Shown here: in pieces, positions 52,631 to 63,820 of the stretch | Position numbering within the stretch: position 1 is the stretch's first letter | How the letters are laid out: each line of letters begins with the position of its first letter | From: Octopus sinensis | Taxonomy: Eukaryota | Direction of reading: 5' to 3' | Length of the DNA stretch: 64,000 nucleotides | Assembly: GCF_006345805.1 (NCBI RefSeq) | Contig: NC_043018.1 | Coordinates: 7,688,001-7,752,000, forward strand | Position numbers and translations under genes: made by a program | The notes under the pieces: model-generated | Database searches by the model: none | The model's input: only the letters and a program-made list of their open reading frames with translations | What the model was told of the DNA's origin: nothing

Positions 52631-53640
52631 ATCATGTGGGAAGATGAATGGAGGCATAACATCACCATTTCCAAACACTAGAGATCACTCCAAACACTAT
52701 CATGTTGAGTGGATGTCATATTTTTATCACGGTCAAGTACACATTTTGGGGACACAGCAAGTCAATGGTTGTTCTGTGGGTTCCCCATCTGATCCTGGAA
52801 GAGATTTTTCTTGTCTGAGACAAACCAAAGCATGTTCAGTCGGAGGGGATGCTTGAGTTTGTTAAAAAGCCTCATAGCAAGGGCTTTCCACTTGCCCTTG
52901 ATGGCTTGGGATAGAAGTTGGCCCTTTCTCGTCTTGTATGACGGATACCAAAAGTCTTCATGCACTACCTGCCTGATAAGAAACTCAGACACTCCCATGT
53001 CCCTGCTGATGGACCTGATTGACTTGGAGGGATCATTGTCAATCAAGGCCTGGATCTCACCGGGGCACTGCCTTGAACGGTTTAGTCCAGGGCTTCTCAA
53101 CCATTTTACACCTATGAACCCCTTTCATTCCTATTTTACATGGGTGGACCCTCAGAGCCATTCCATGTTTTAAAGATCTTGTATTTTTATAATTAAATAT
53201 CCTTTTAGGCACAAGGCCTAAATTTGTGGCGAGGGAATAAGCCGATTACACTGAGCCCAGTATTTGACTGGCACTTAATTTATCAACCCCAAAACAATGA
53301 ATGACAAAGTCGACCTCAGTGGAATTTGAACTCAGACCATAAAGACAAGCGAAATACTGCTAAGCATTTCGCCCAGCCTGGATCTCACCAACAAATTCAG
53401 GAGTTCTTTTTTCATCGGAACAATCAGAGTGAGTTTTCCAAGCTGCCATTCCTTCGTAATCACCATTAGACTCATCCAGCTCTTTCTGAATCCTCTGCAG
53501 TTCTCAGATTGACACCCAAACACACTGAAATGTTCATATTGGAGCTTCCAGCACAAATGCCAAGCAGTGCAGCATGTTGTTTCCAAATTTCTGGCAAAGT
53601 GAATTGCGTCATGGTACTGTTTTTCTCACAGACTGTGCCC
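52630..53640 (-). mobile_element. maT-like transposase fossil split in two (52630-53061 and 53376-53640) by a 314-bp insert
   Basis: KRTPEFVGEIQA / IDNDPSKSIRSISRDMGVSEFLIRQVVHED / WFVSDKKNL / GDVMPPFIF peptides, homologous to the 46.5-kb element. Confidence 0.8.
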
Positions 53641-54003
53641 AACTGCCCCTACCATACTGTGTAGTCAACAAAATCCAAAACAATGTGCATGCATGAAATT
53701 ACAAATATAAAATGGCAATATATTCATCGCACCCTCTCTGCATGTATGTGTATGTTATATATATGTATATTCGCCTGGGAGATAATATGGTCTTGCTAAA
53801 TTATCTATTAAAAGATAGCAAACGATATTATTCTGCTTAAGTAATCCGAAACCATGGTATAACCGTTATATAACAAGGTAAAGGTTTTTATTTTTCATTT
53901 ACTTCGAAATTTGCTATAAAATTGTGGTTTTTTAGCCGTGTTGGCTGCTATTTCTAGCATGTAAAATTGCCTGTTAAAGGGTAATTTTCTATTTTGAAAT
54001 ACG

Positions 54004-54035
<32 letters not shown>

Positions 54036-54077
54036 CACTATTTCCACAATGGTTTAATGAAGAACAGATTAACTCAC

Positions 54078-54173
54078 CTGTTAAAACATTTTTAGCTGAA
54101 GCATGAGCCAGGTCAAGAGGAGTCTTGCCATCTGTGTTTCTGATACTAGGGTCAGCACCATGTTGAAGTAATA
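54078..54173 (-). CDS. TNKS: Tankyrase coding exon (first in window; end of ARC1), phase 1-1
   Basis: Hand translation (x)[31 protein letters not shown](G) matches tankyrase [33 protein letters not shown]; ttccag acceptor, gtgagt donor; 96 nt. Confidence 0.95.
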
Positions 54174-55885
54174 CTGGAAAGAGAAAATAGGAACATATTA
54201 GATTTTACCTTTTATCAAACAGGACACAAAAACTCTCACAACATCATGGTGCCAGGTAAAAAGCACCCGTCTCAGTGACACATACAAAGTACCTGTACTG
54301 GTGCTATGTAAAAGGCAGCCATGCTGGTGCCATGTATAAAGCACCCAGTCGATTCTGTAAAGTGGTTGGTATTAGGAAGGGTGTAAAGGAACTGTCTGGA
54401 ACAGGTTGGGTCTTTTGCACTGTTTGGGTGCAACACAATTTCCTTCTTTGTTTCCCAAAACTACCAGCGTCAGGAACAAGAAAGCAACCTTAGAAAATAT
54501 GACACTTTATTTCGTTATTTACATAAAGAAGACATTAGTAAATTGGTAACCACTTGGTGTAGGTACAGCAAGACTGAAGTTAAACATTTGTAAAGATGAA
54601 CCTCACAACAACTCCAGCAGCAACAGAGCCGGTCAAATCCCAAGTGTCTGGGACAGGAGCATAGGCTGATAACACGTTAAACACGTCCTCTCTTCAATAG
54701 CCATGTTTCAAGTCACCGGATGCTAACAAGGAACGCGATAGAATTTTTTCCCCCAGTTTTTAGCGCATGTGCATGAGGGAACTTCCTTAGGCCTTTCCAG
54801 AAGGTTCCAACCCCGCACACGTGCACTGAAGAATGACGTCACTACAAGGGCATCCATCCATAGAAAACTATACCAAAACAAATAACTGGAGCCTGGTACA
54901 GCTCTCCGGCCACAGCCAGCTCCTGTCAAACTGTCCAACTCATGGCAAATGGATGTTGATGATGATGATGTCGATCTACCACAACATGAAGCTGTTCTAA
55001 CAATTTCCCTTCAACTCTTCTCTCGTTTTGTTGTTGTTGTTTAGTTCCATGTCTGCCTTGATCCAGCAGACTATGATCAAATATATTCCAAACATGAACA
55101 CCCTAACATCTTTCTTATGAAATTAAATAAATGACAAAGGAACAGGAAATTATGCAATGAACTTCATTAGCTCACAGGTGTTTCTGCTGTAAGATGCAGT
55201 GCACTCAGAGCTGAGTGCATGTGCATTACTAAAGCTTCCATGAAGCTTCAAAAATCTGTACTTGAATAACATTTTATTCTGAAGCCTATGTATACTGAGT
55301 TCTAACACCGGAATATTAGTATTGCTATGCCCAGGGAAATATATATATATATATATATATATATTGGTAAAACGGTAAGATAACAAAAGAAAGAAAGAGA
55401 CCTCAATAATATGTAAATAGAGGAAATTTATCTATACAATAATGTTACATTACTATCGAGTAATGTAACATATTATTGTATAGATATATATACTCTTTTA
55501 CTCTTTTACTTGTTTCAGTCATTTGACTGCGGCCATGCTGGAGCACCGCCTTTAGTCGAGCAAATCGACCCCGGGACTTATTCTTTGTAAGCCCAGTACT
55601 TATTCTATCGGTCTCTTTTGCCGAACCGCTAAGTGACGGGGACGTAAACACACCAGCATCGGTTGTCAAGCAATGCTAGGGGGACAAACACAGACACACA
55701 TACATACATATATATATACATATATCGACAGGCTTCTTTCAGTTTCCGTCTACCAAATCCACTCACAAGGCATTGGTCGGCCCGGGGCTATAGCAGAAGA
55801 CACTTGCCCAAGATGCCACGCAGTGGGACTGAACCCGGAACCATGTGGTTGGTTAGCAAGCTACTTACCACACAGCCACTCCTGC

Positions 55886-55933
<48 letters not shown>

Positions 55934-55944
55934 TATATATACAT

Positions 55945-56172
55945 AGTTAATCCAAACACGAAAGCACAAAAAAACGCAACAACACGAGGACGTGGAACAA
56001 ATATAGTATTATTGGACGCTCAGGAAAGAAGGAAAGAAGGAGGGTTTAACGTTTCGAGCGGAGCTCTTCGTCGGAAACATAGGAGAAGGAAAGATCCAGA
56101 GAATGGAAGACAGAGGAAAAAAAAAAAAAAATCACCAACAGTACACATGTGGTCACATTTTGAATGACCGGA

Positions 56173-56212
<40 letters not shown>

Positions 56213-56450
56213 GTCTAGACTTCAATATGAATTTTATGGCTTTTTTCAAGATAGTAGGGTGAGATATGTTCCAACATAACCATCCCATCTTATACATCCT
56301 GTTTTTCAAGTTCATTGTAAAGCAGAATATACATACATACCTGCTAGTGATCACACAATACCAGATTTGTATAATACCAAAATAAACACTATATACACTG
56401 TAAGATAACAAAACTTCTAATTAGTCACAAGATATTGTAGCTAAATCTCT
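55945..56450 (-). mobile_element. Penelope-like element remnant
   Basis: Carries the acgtttcg...tcttcgtcgg hammerhead signature and is bounded by (TA)n tracts; no coding remnant identified. Confidence 0.4.
56044..56078 (-). ncRNA. Penelope-type minimal hammerhead variant
   Basis: GTTT-CCGACGA-A-GAGC-TCC-GCTC-GAAA-CGT-T-AAAC: 4-bp stem I, U4C core variant, 4-bp stem II, palindromic ACGT stem III, GUU triplet. Confidence 0.5.
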
Positions 56451-56614
56451 CTCAATATACGTTCTGCCTTCTTAAAAAGATGGAAGGACATATCAATTAA
56501 TGAAGTCCTAATACTGTACCAGATATTTTCTGAGCTCGTTTTTTTTAAAGTTCTGTGTGACTGTAACAGGAGTGTGTGTTATGTCAGCTATACTGTGTGA
56601 TTCTGTTAGGTATA

Positions 56615-56835
56615 TACGAGGGGGTGCTAAAAAGTTCCTGGCTTTAAAGGTATTGTGAAAGGCCTGGTTGGAGGCCCAACCTTCTGAGTTCTTTTACAGG
56701 GACTTAGGAAAACTGAAGGACCGCTGCAATAAGTGTGTGAATCTCAGAGGGGAATATGTTGAACAAAATCATAATTAACTGAACCTCCTGTATTTTCTTT
56801 TACCCAAAGCTAAGAACTTTTCAGTACCCCCCACC
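56615..56835 (+). mobile_element. Mariner-derived MITE; a second copy at about 13570-13654 plus 14313-14420 is split by the CR1
   Basis: TIRs tacgagggggtgctaaaaagttcctggcttt / aaagctaagaacttttcagtacccc; internal aaactgaaggaccgctgcaataagtgtgtgaat is shared with the split copy. Confidence 0.75.
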
Positions 56836-58359
56836 CCCCGTATGCTCTGACATTCTTTTAGGTCACTGTGACAGTAAGAGGTCTTCATGTTATAGGAAAA
56901 GAAAAGAGTGTGATAGTAGGCAATAAGCCCTCACATGTTTAATAACCGAAAAGCATTTAATAAACTGCATTTATCTTTTATTTGTTTCAGGCATCTGACT
57001 GCGGCCATGCTGGGGCACTGCCTTGAACGGTTTAGTCCAGTGCTTTTCAACCATTTTACACCTATGAACCCCTTTCATTCCTATTTTACATGGGTGGACC
57101 TTCAGAGCCATTCCATGTTTTAAAAATCTTGTATTTTTATAATTAAATATTCTTATAGGTGCAGGAGTGGCTGTGTGGTAAGTAGCTTGTTTACCAACCA
57201 CATGGTTCCGGGTTCAGTCCTACTGTGTGGCACCTTGGGCAAGTGTCTTCTACTATAGCCTCGGGCCGACCAAAGCCTTGAGTGGATTTGGTAGATAGAA
57301 ACTGAAAGAAGCCTGTCATATATATGTATATATATATACATGCGTGTGTGTTTGTGTGTCTGTGTTTGTCGCCCTAGCATTACTTGACAACCGATACTGG
57401 TGTGTTTGTGTCCCCGTTACTTAGCGGTTCGGCAAAAAAGACCGATAGAATAAGTACTGGGCTTACAAAAGAATAAGTCCCGGGGTCGAGTTGCTCGATT
57501 AAAGGTGGTGCTCCAGCATGGCTGCAGTCAAATGACTGAAACAAGTAAAAGAGAAAAAGAGAATTTTCTACTACAGGCACAAGGCCTGAAATTTGTGGCG
57601 AGGGGGTATGCCGATCACATTGACCCCAGTATTTGACTGGCACTTAATTTATCAACCCCAAAAGAATGAACGACAAAGTCGACCTCAGTGGAATTTGAAC
57701 TCAGACCATAAAGACAAGCAAAATACTGCTAAGCATTTCACCCAGCATTCTAATGACTGTCCCAGCTCACCACCTTACAATTAAATATTATTACGAATTG
57801 TATATAACGTTGTTAAAATATTTTGTATATAGCAGAAATACAAATCAATTTATTGTAGATAAATTTTAACAAATCATCATCATCATCGTTTAACGTCCGC
57901 TTTACATGCTAGCATGGGTTGGACGATTTTGACTGAGGGCTGACGAGCCAGATGGCTGCACGAGGCTCCAATTTTGATCTGGCAGAGTTTCTACAGCTGG
58001 ATGCCCTTCCTAACGCCAACCACTCCGAGAGTGTAGTGGGTGCTTTTTACGTGCCACCAGGACAGGGGCCAGTCAAGCGACGTTGGTAACAATCACGCTC
58101 GAATGGTGCCCTTTTACGTGCCACGGGTACGGAAGCCAGTTGGCTGCCACTCTGGGTAAGAACCACTGTTGGTCCCTTTTATCAAATCATAAAGTTACAA
58201 GGATGTAAACAAACCAACATTATACACACACACATTATACACACAAACACATTATACACACACACAAACACATACACACAGCAGATTACCACACAGTATC
58301 TATCTAGCAAATTTACTAACAAGGTATTAGTCAACCCAGAGCTATATTAGAAAACACTT

Positions 58360-58643
58360 GCCTAACGTGCCATACAGTGGGACTGAACCCGAAACCACAG
58401 GGTTGCAGAACAGGTATCTTAACTACAGAGCCATGCCTGTACATATACTGTTGTGCCTAATGTGCCATACAGTGGGACTGAACCCAAAACCACAGGGTTG
58501 CAAAACAGGCATCTTAACTACAGAGCCATGCCTGTACATATACTGTTGTGCCTAACGTGCCATAAAGTGGGACTGAACCCAAAACCACAGGGTTGCAAAA
58601 CAGGCATCTCAACTACAGAGCCATGCCTGTACATATGCTGCTG
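58360..58643 (-). repeat. Three tandem 95-bp copies of a SINE-A tRNA-like head
   Basis: gcctaa starts at 58360, 58455 and 58550; unit contains cagtgggactgaaccc. Confidence 0.9.
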
Positions 58644-59204
58644 AACTTTAAAAGCCATGTGGTCGTTAGTGATGTGTGGGAGCTTGATGTTGGCATCTCG
58701 TTAGCCTCATTTCCTCCATCTCCAGATCCACCATATTCAACCAGGAAAATATTAGGGCCTCAGTTTTTGTTGAGTTTTGATTGTTTGCTTTAATTTCTAA
58801 AAAAAGCTTCAGAGGTCACTTGGTTAAGCAGGACTTGAGAAAGCAGGGATCATGTCTTTTGTTTTAGTGTTTTTGAGGTGTCTATGGTAGTTGTGGTTAG
58901 ACATAAACACTCACTTGGCCCTCCCACGTTTGATTCAATGGAACACTCAAGAGAGGAGAGTGAAGAGAAATGGGGTGAGAAATTGGGAGGGAAGGGGATG
59001 TAGAGAGGGGGGGAAAGAGGACGAGAAAGAGTGAGAGACAGGGCAGCACCAGTACTTGGTTGGTACTCACTTTCTGCTAAAAATGCTTTCTGGTCCGGAA
59101 ATTAAACTAAGCAGCACCAAGGCCTCAATCTTCACATTCCACTGAGCTATAAGTAAATACCAGCTGCCTACTAGAAGAAAAAAAAAACAAAAAACCCAGG
59201 CACA

Positions 59205-59595
59205 GGAGTGGCAGTGTGGTAAGTAGCTTGCTTACCAACCACATGGTTCCGGGTTCAGTCCCACTGCATGGCATCTTGGGCAAGTGTCTTCTGCTATAGC
59301 CTCGGGCTGACCAAAGCCTTGTAAGTGGATTTGGTAGACGGAAACTGAAAGAAGCCTGTCGTATATATGTATATATATATATGTTTGTGTCTGTGTTTGT
59401 CCCCCTAGCATTGCTTGACAACCGATGCTGGTGTGTTTACGTCCCTGTCACTTAGCGGTTCAGCAAAAGAGATCGATAGAATAAGTACTGGGCTTACAAA
59501 GAGTAAGTCCCGGGGTCGATTTGCTCGACTAAAGGCGGTGCTCCAGCATGGCCGCAGTCAAATGACTGAAACAAGTAAATGAGTAAAAGAGAGTA
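59205..59595 (+). mobile_element. tRNA-derived SINE family A (representative); other copies 8545-8945+, 11640-12030+, 19156-19545+, 37890-38262+, 42230-42480+, 44560-44935-, 46215-47980- (interrupted), 55495-55885-, 57160-57560+, 62810-62970+, 63845-64000-
   Basis: Head gtggctgtgtggtaag...ggttccgggttcagtccc (A/B-box-like), internal (TA/TG)n, 3' end aaacaagtaaaagag; over 10 similar copies. Confidence 0.88.
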
Positions 59596-59985
59596 TAGCT
59601 CACTCACTCCAGTTGTCACATCCTGGATATTCTACTGTGTTGAGGTGCGAACCGAGACAGTGTCCTATGTCGGCTAGAAATTATAGTGGTACCTTACACA
59701 GTTAGTGAAACTATGACACGTTTCGAAGCCATAAGCCATCACAAGTGACAGCTGGTTGTACTTGAATTACTGCCAGGATATCACAAAAACTACTAAAACA
59801 TAGGAGATACTTCAGTTGCTGCTATGCTATATCAATAATTAAACACGGGATGTTTAAGCTGTCATATTTCCATTAGTAAACTAATTACTAAATACAATCG
59901 GGGTGAATTATTGGCAGTCTATGAACAAAATCAGTCGCAGAATATTATTTTGCCAATCATTACACACACAAAAAAGAATTATATA

Positions 59986-62446
59986 TCTCTTATGATAAAA
60001 GGCAGATTTTCTCTGCCTCCCAAACCGTTCGTTTTTTATACAATTGTACAATATAGAATTTCTTCAATTTCTTCAAAACCAATGATTTTTCCAAGTAGAT
60101 TCCATTGGGTCATGGCATGTAAAGTTTTTTTCAATTTCACCCCCAATTAAGCAAAAATTCGAGAAAAGTAAATATTTTACGATTTGCCTCTCTAATTTTA
60201 ACTGCTTCACTCATGCTATCACCCTAATTTCTCCTACTTTCTCTTTGCAAGTGTACCTTAAACCACTACTCAAAAAAAATACACAGCAAACAGAAACAAA
60301 TAAATACATAACGATTTACTCCTCACACAATTTCTTCAATTAGAGTTTACCTATGATTTTTCCAAGTACATTCCATTCGGTCATGGCATACAAATTTCTT
60401 TAAATTTGACCCCCCAATTAAGCAAAAATTTGAGAAAACTCAATATTTTACAATTTCCCTCTCTCACTTCAAAGGCTTTACTCTGCCTATTACTCCCACT
60501 TCCTCTTTACACACATAGACACGCAAACATATACATATATGACAGTGTCAATTGTTGAAAGAAAATTGTAAGCTAAGGTGTGTGTGTGCACGTGTGTTTG
60601 TGTGTGTGCGTGTGTTTGTGTGTGTGCGTGTGTGTATGTGTGACAGGGATGAGCCATTCATACTGGTCATCCTTTTTGCTAGAAGAAGATCCGCTATGGT
60701 CTTATATGCTACACCACTGGTTTTCAATTCATATTAATCAAATTAATATTCAATTTTTCACCCTTATTATGTGTGTGTGTATTAGCAATTCGTATAAAAT
60801 TGCATCAATGACTTGAACTTGAATAAGTGGTTTCACATAAATGGGGATAAATTAAAAAGGTTTGTTGTTATTATTATTACTGTTTGACTATTGTAATCAC
60901 GTTTGTTGGTTCCTCGCCAGGGAAACGTTGTTGTGTTGCATTTGTTAAATAAATGTAAACCGTAACCCTCCCCCTTTCGGTTATTGTTTCAAAATTGAAT
61001 TGTGTCCCTGTTTGGGGAAATTGACAATATTTTCACCGTCTTTACACATATATACATGCATAATATATCTACCCATACACACACACGCACACAAACACAC
61101 ACACACATACATAGGGGCAGGTGTGGCTGTGTGGTAACAAACTACGTTCGAAGATACTGTACTTGATATGGGCGGTAGTGCCTTGCCGGTCTATGGCCTA
61201 CCTTCAACAAACCGGGAAGGCACAAACACTCTGTCTTCACATTTGCTGCGTGAGACATGTTTTAATGATGAGCTTGCTGACAATGAGCCAAAGCTCCTTC
61301 CAGAACACAAGTTCACTTACGACTCCGTTGTTAATTCAGTCCGGGCCAAAACTGGGAGGATTTTTTTCCTGGACGCTCCTGGGGGCACTGGAAAAACTTT
61401 TGTCAACAAATTAATATTGGCTGAGATTAGGCGAACACAAGGCATTGCCCTAGCTGTGGCATCATCTGGAATTGCGGCTACTTTGTTGCCAGGCGGCAGG
61501 ACAGCTCACTCCACTTTCAAGCTTCCGCTTGACTTAGCGAAGACTGAGACACCAACTTGCAACATCAGTAACAGCTCCGATCAGGCAGAAGTCTTCAGAC
61601 GATGCAAGCTTATCGTTTGGGATGAATGTATGATGGCCCACAGAGGTGCTCTTGAGGCACTAGATAGATCTCTCAGAGACATCAAACACTCTTCAGCTCC
61701 CATGGGAGGCATAACACTTCTTCTTTCAGGGGACTTCCGACAAACACTTCCCGTTATTCCCAAAGGAACTACAGCTGATGCAGTAAGTGCATGTCTTAAG
61801 TCATCCACATTGTGGCCACTGGTGAAGACTCTCAAATTTCACACCAATATGCGTGCTCATATGCGATGTGATATCACATCAGCAGCATTTTCTCACACCC
61901 TCCTTGCACTTGGCGAAGGCAAAATACCAAGGGATGAAAATGATAATATTGCCATCGATTCCATTTGTACCATTGTTAAAACGCCTTCTGATCTCAGAGA
62001 TGCAGTGTTCCCAGATCTACAAGCTAATTATCAGAATATGGATTGGATTGGCCAAAGGGCTATTCTGGCCCCAAGGAATAAAACTGTTCACCATATTAAT
62101 GATGAAATGCTAAAATTCATTCCTGGGGATGTCTATGTATATAAGTCTATCGATACAACTCCTGACTCAGAGGACGTCATCAACTATCCAATAGAGGTAC
62201 TCAATTCTTTTGAGCCCCCCGGACTACCGCCACACATTCTCAAACTTAAAGTTGGTGCCCCTATAATGCTCATTAGAAATTTGGTTCCCCCAAAACAATG
62301 CAATGGCACACGTTTGATCGTTAAGTCCTTATCTCCCACCGTAAACTTATATCAATATTTGCCTGAATAATCATCATAATTCAGTGCAATCATTAACAGT
62401 ACTTTCAAGCAATTCAGCTCCGAGCATCACCAGGCAATTCTGCTAG
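59986..62446 (+). mobile_element. Internally deleted Helitron
   Basis: Inferred A|TC 5' end (tctcttatgataaaag) and 3' end ...ctgCTAG|T; contains PIF1 helicase frame and about 271-bp subterminal direct repeats. The 5' boundary is inference. Confidence 0.65.
61168..62370 (+). CDS. Helitron RepHel PIF1-family helicase fragment (400-codon open frame, lacking Rep domain and helicase C-terminus)
   Basis: FLDAPGGTGKT (Walker A), VASSGIAATLLPGGRTAHSTFKLPL, IVWDEC (Walker B), GDFRQTLPV, ILAPRN, LKVGAPIMLIRNL; intronless. Confidence 0.88.
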   Translation: MGGSALPVYGLPSTNREGTNTLSSHLLRETCFNDELADNEPKLLPEHKFTYDSVVNSVRAKTGRIFFLDAPGGTGKTFVNKLILAEIRRTQGIALAVASSGIAATLLPGGRTAHSTFKLPLDLAKTETPTCNISNSSDQAEVFRRCKLIVWDECMMAHRGALEALDRSLRDIKHSSAPMGGITLLLSGDFRQTLPVIPKGTTADAVSACLKSSTLWPLVKTLKFHTNMRAHMRCDITSAAFSHTLLALGEGKIPRDENDNIAIDSICTIVKTPSDLRDAVFPDLQANYQNMDWIGQRAILAPRNKTVHHINDEMLKFIPGDVYVYKSIDTTPDSEDVINYPIEVLNSFEPPGLPPHILKLKVGAPIMLIRNLVPPKQCNGTRLIVKSLSPTVNLYQYLPE

Positions 62447-62490
62447 TGTGTATATATATATATATATATACATACACATACATAGATATA

Positions 62491-62569
<79 letters not shown>

Positions 62570-63820
62570 ATTAGGGAATAAATCCAAACTTACAGGGAAA
62601 AATTAGATTTAGGATTAAATCCAATTTTATAGTATAAATATATTATATTATATTAAATTAGAGATAAAACCACTATTAGGCAAATCAAACAGTGAAAAAC
62701 ATAAGCCAATACATAAAATTAATTTAAAAATATAAAAGTTAAAAATTAAAAAATTATTTAAATAATTTAAACTTATAAATTATAAATAAATATATATATA
62801 TATATGCCTCTTTTTGTTTGTCCCCGTCACTTAGCGGTTCGGCAAAAGAGACCGATAGAATAAGTACTGGGCTTACAAAGAATAAGTCCCGGGGTTGATT
62901 TGCTCAACTAAGGCGGTGCTCCAGCATGGCCGCAGTCAAATGACTGAAACAAGTAAAAGAGTAAAGAGTATATATGTATGTATATTTTTATATTTATATT
63001 TATATATTATTTTATTTATTAATTAATTTATTTATTTATTTATTTTTATTTTTTATTTTTTTTAATTTTTTTATATAAATATCAAAAGTATTAAAAGTTT
63101 AATAAAAGATAAAGAGTAAAACACTACGATCGTTTCATGGCTGTACCAATTTGAATAACAATAATTTAAATTCAATTAATAATTCGAGTTATGGTTACAG
63201 TCAATCTTCAGGTTAATTGAAATGTTTTTAAAATAATCAGAAATATTTAAACAATATTTTTAAGATATAAATAATATAATAATTTTATTTATAATAAACT
63301 CTATTATCAAACTAGAAACTTAAAACTTAACAATTATGATTATATCAAAATCGATTATAATGTTAAAAATTAATTTTAATTTACAAGGTAATAAACCCAC
63401 CAATAATCTAATACCAGTAATAGTCAATATCTAATTACATAATTTTTTTTTTTTTTAAATGGCTATTATATATAAATTATCAATGAATGTATATAAATAT
63501 TATAATTAAGATCTAAAATAATCTCTATAAATAAATATATATGCACATATAATAAAGACCTAATAAATTAATTTTTCATATTTAAAGATGAAATAGCTAA
63601 TTTCAAAAATACAAACAAACAAACTTAAACGAACTTTCGGAAATCTTATTTAAAATACTTATTGAAATATTCAATTCGTAGTTATATAATATCGAATAAA
63701 TACTATAAATACTATAAATATATTTATCAATGGGAAAATACTAGCGAATATCAATTTAAAAAGACAATAACTAAGTTATGCTATTAAGTTAGACATGGCC
63801 TACACCAATCTTTGGTCGAA
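62570..63820. mobile_element. AT-rich Penelope-like element remnant(s), interrupted by a SINE-A 3' half at 62805-62970
   Basis: Inferred mainly from the hammerhead motif and a degenerate ggcc...ggtcgaaac motif near 63795-63816; no RT or GIY-YIG ORF seen. Confidence 0.4.
63121..63215 (-). ncRNA. Penelope-type minimal type-I hammerhead ribozyme motif
   Basis: CTGAAGA (63211-63205), stem II TTGACTGTAACCA / TGGTACAGCCAT around a 43-nt AT-rich loop, GAAA, palindromic stem III ACGATCGT, cleavage triplet GTA (63127-63125); stem I is weak. Confidence 0.6.

Noticed and set aside
59205-59280. SINE heads as real tRNA genes
   Set aside because: A/B-box-like motifs only; no complete cloverleaf and they run into SINE bodies
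59700-59750. Minus-strand motif cttgtgatggc...cgaaacgtgtc resembling a hammerhead
   Set aside because: Core deviates and I could not pair stems I or II
61168-62370. Host PIF1 helicase gene
   Set aside because: Intronless, truncated at both ends, has Helitron-type motifs and a CTAG 3' terminus nearby
63790-63820. Plus-strand hammerhead-like motif (tagacatggcc...ggtcgaaacatat)
   Set aside because: CUGANGA core not recognisable and the cleavage site is lost in a TA tract; at best a dead relic
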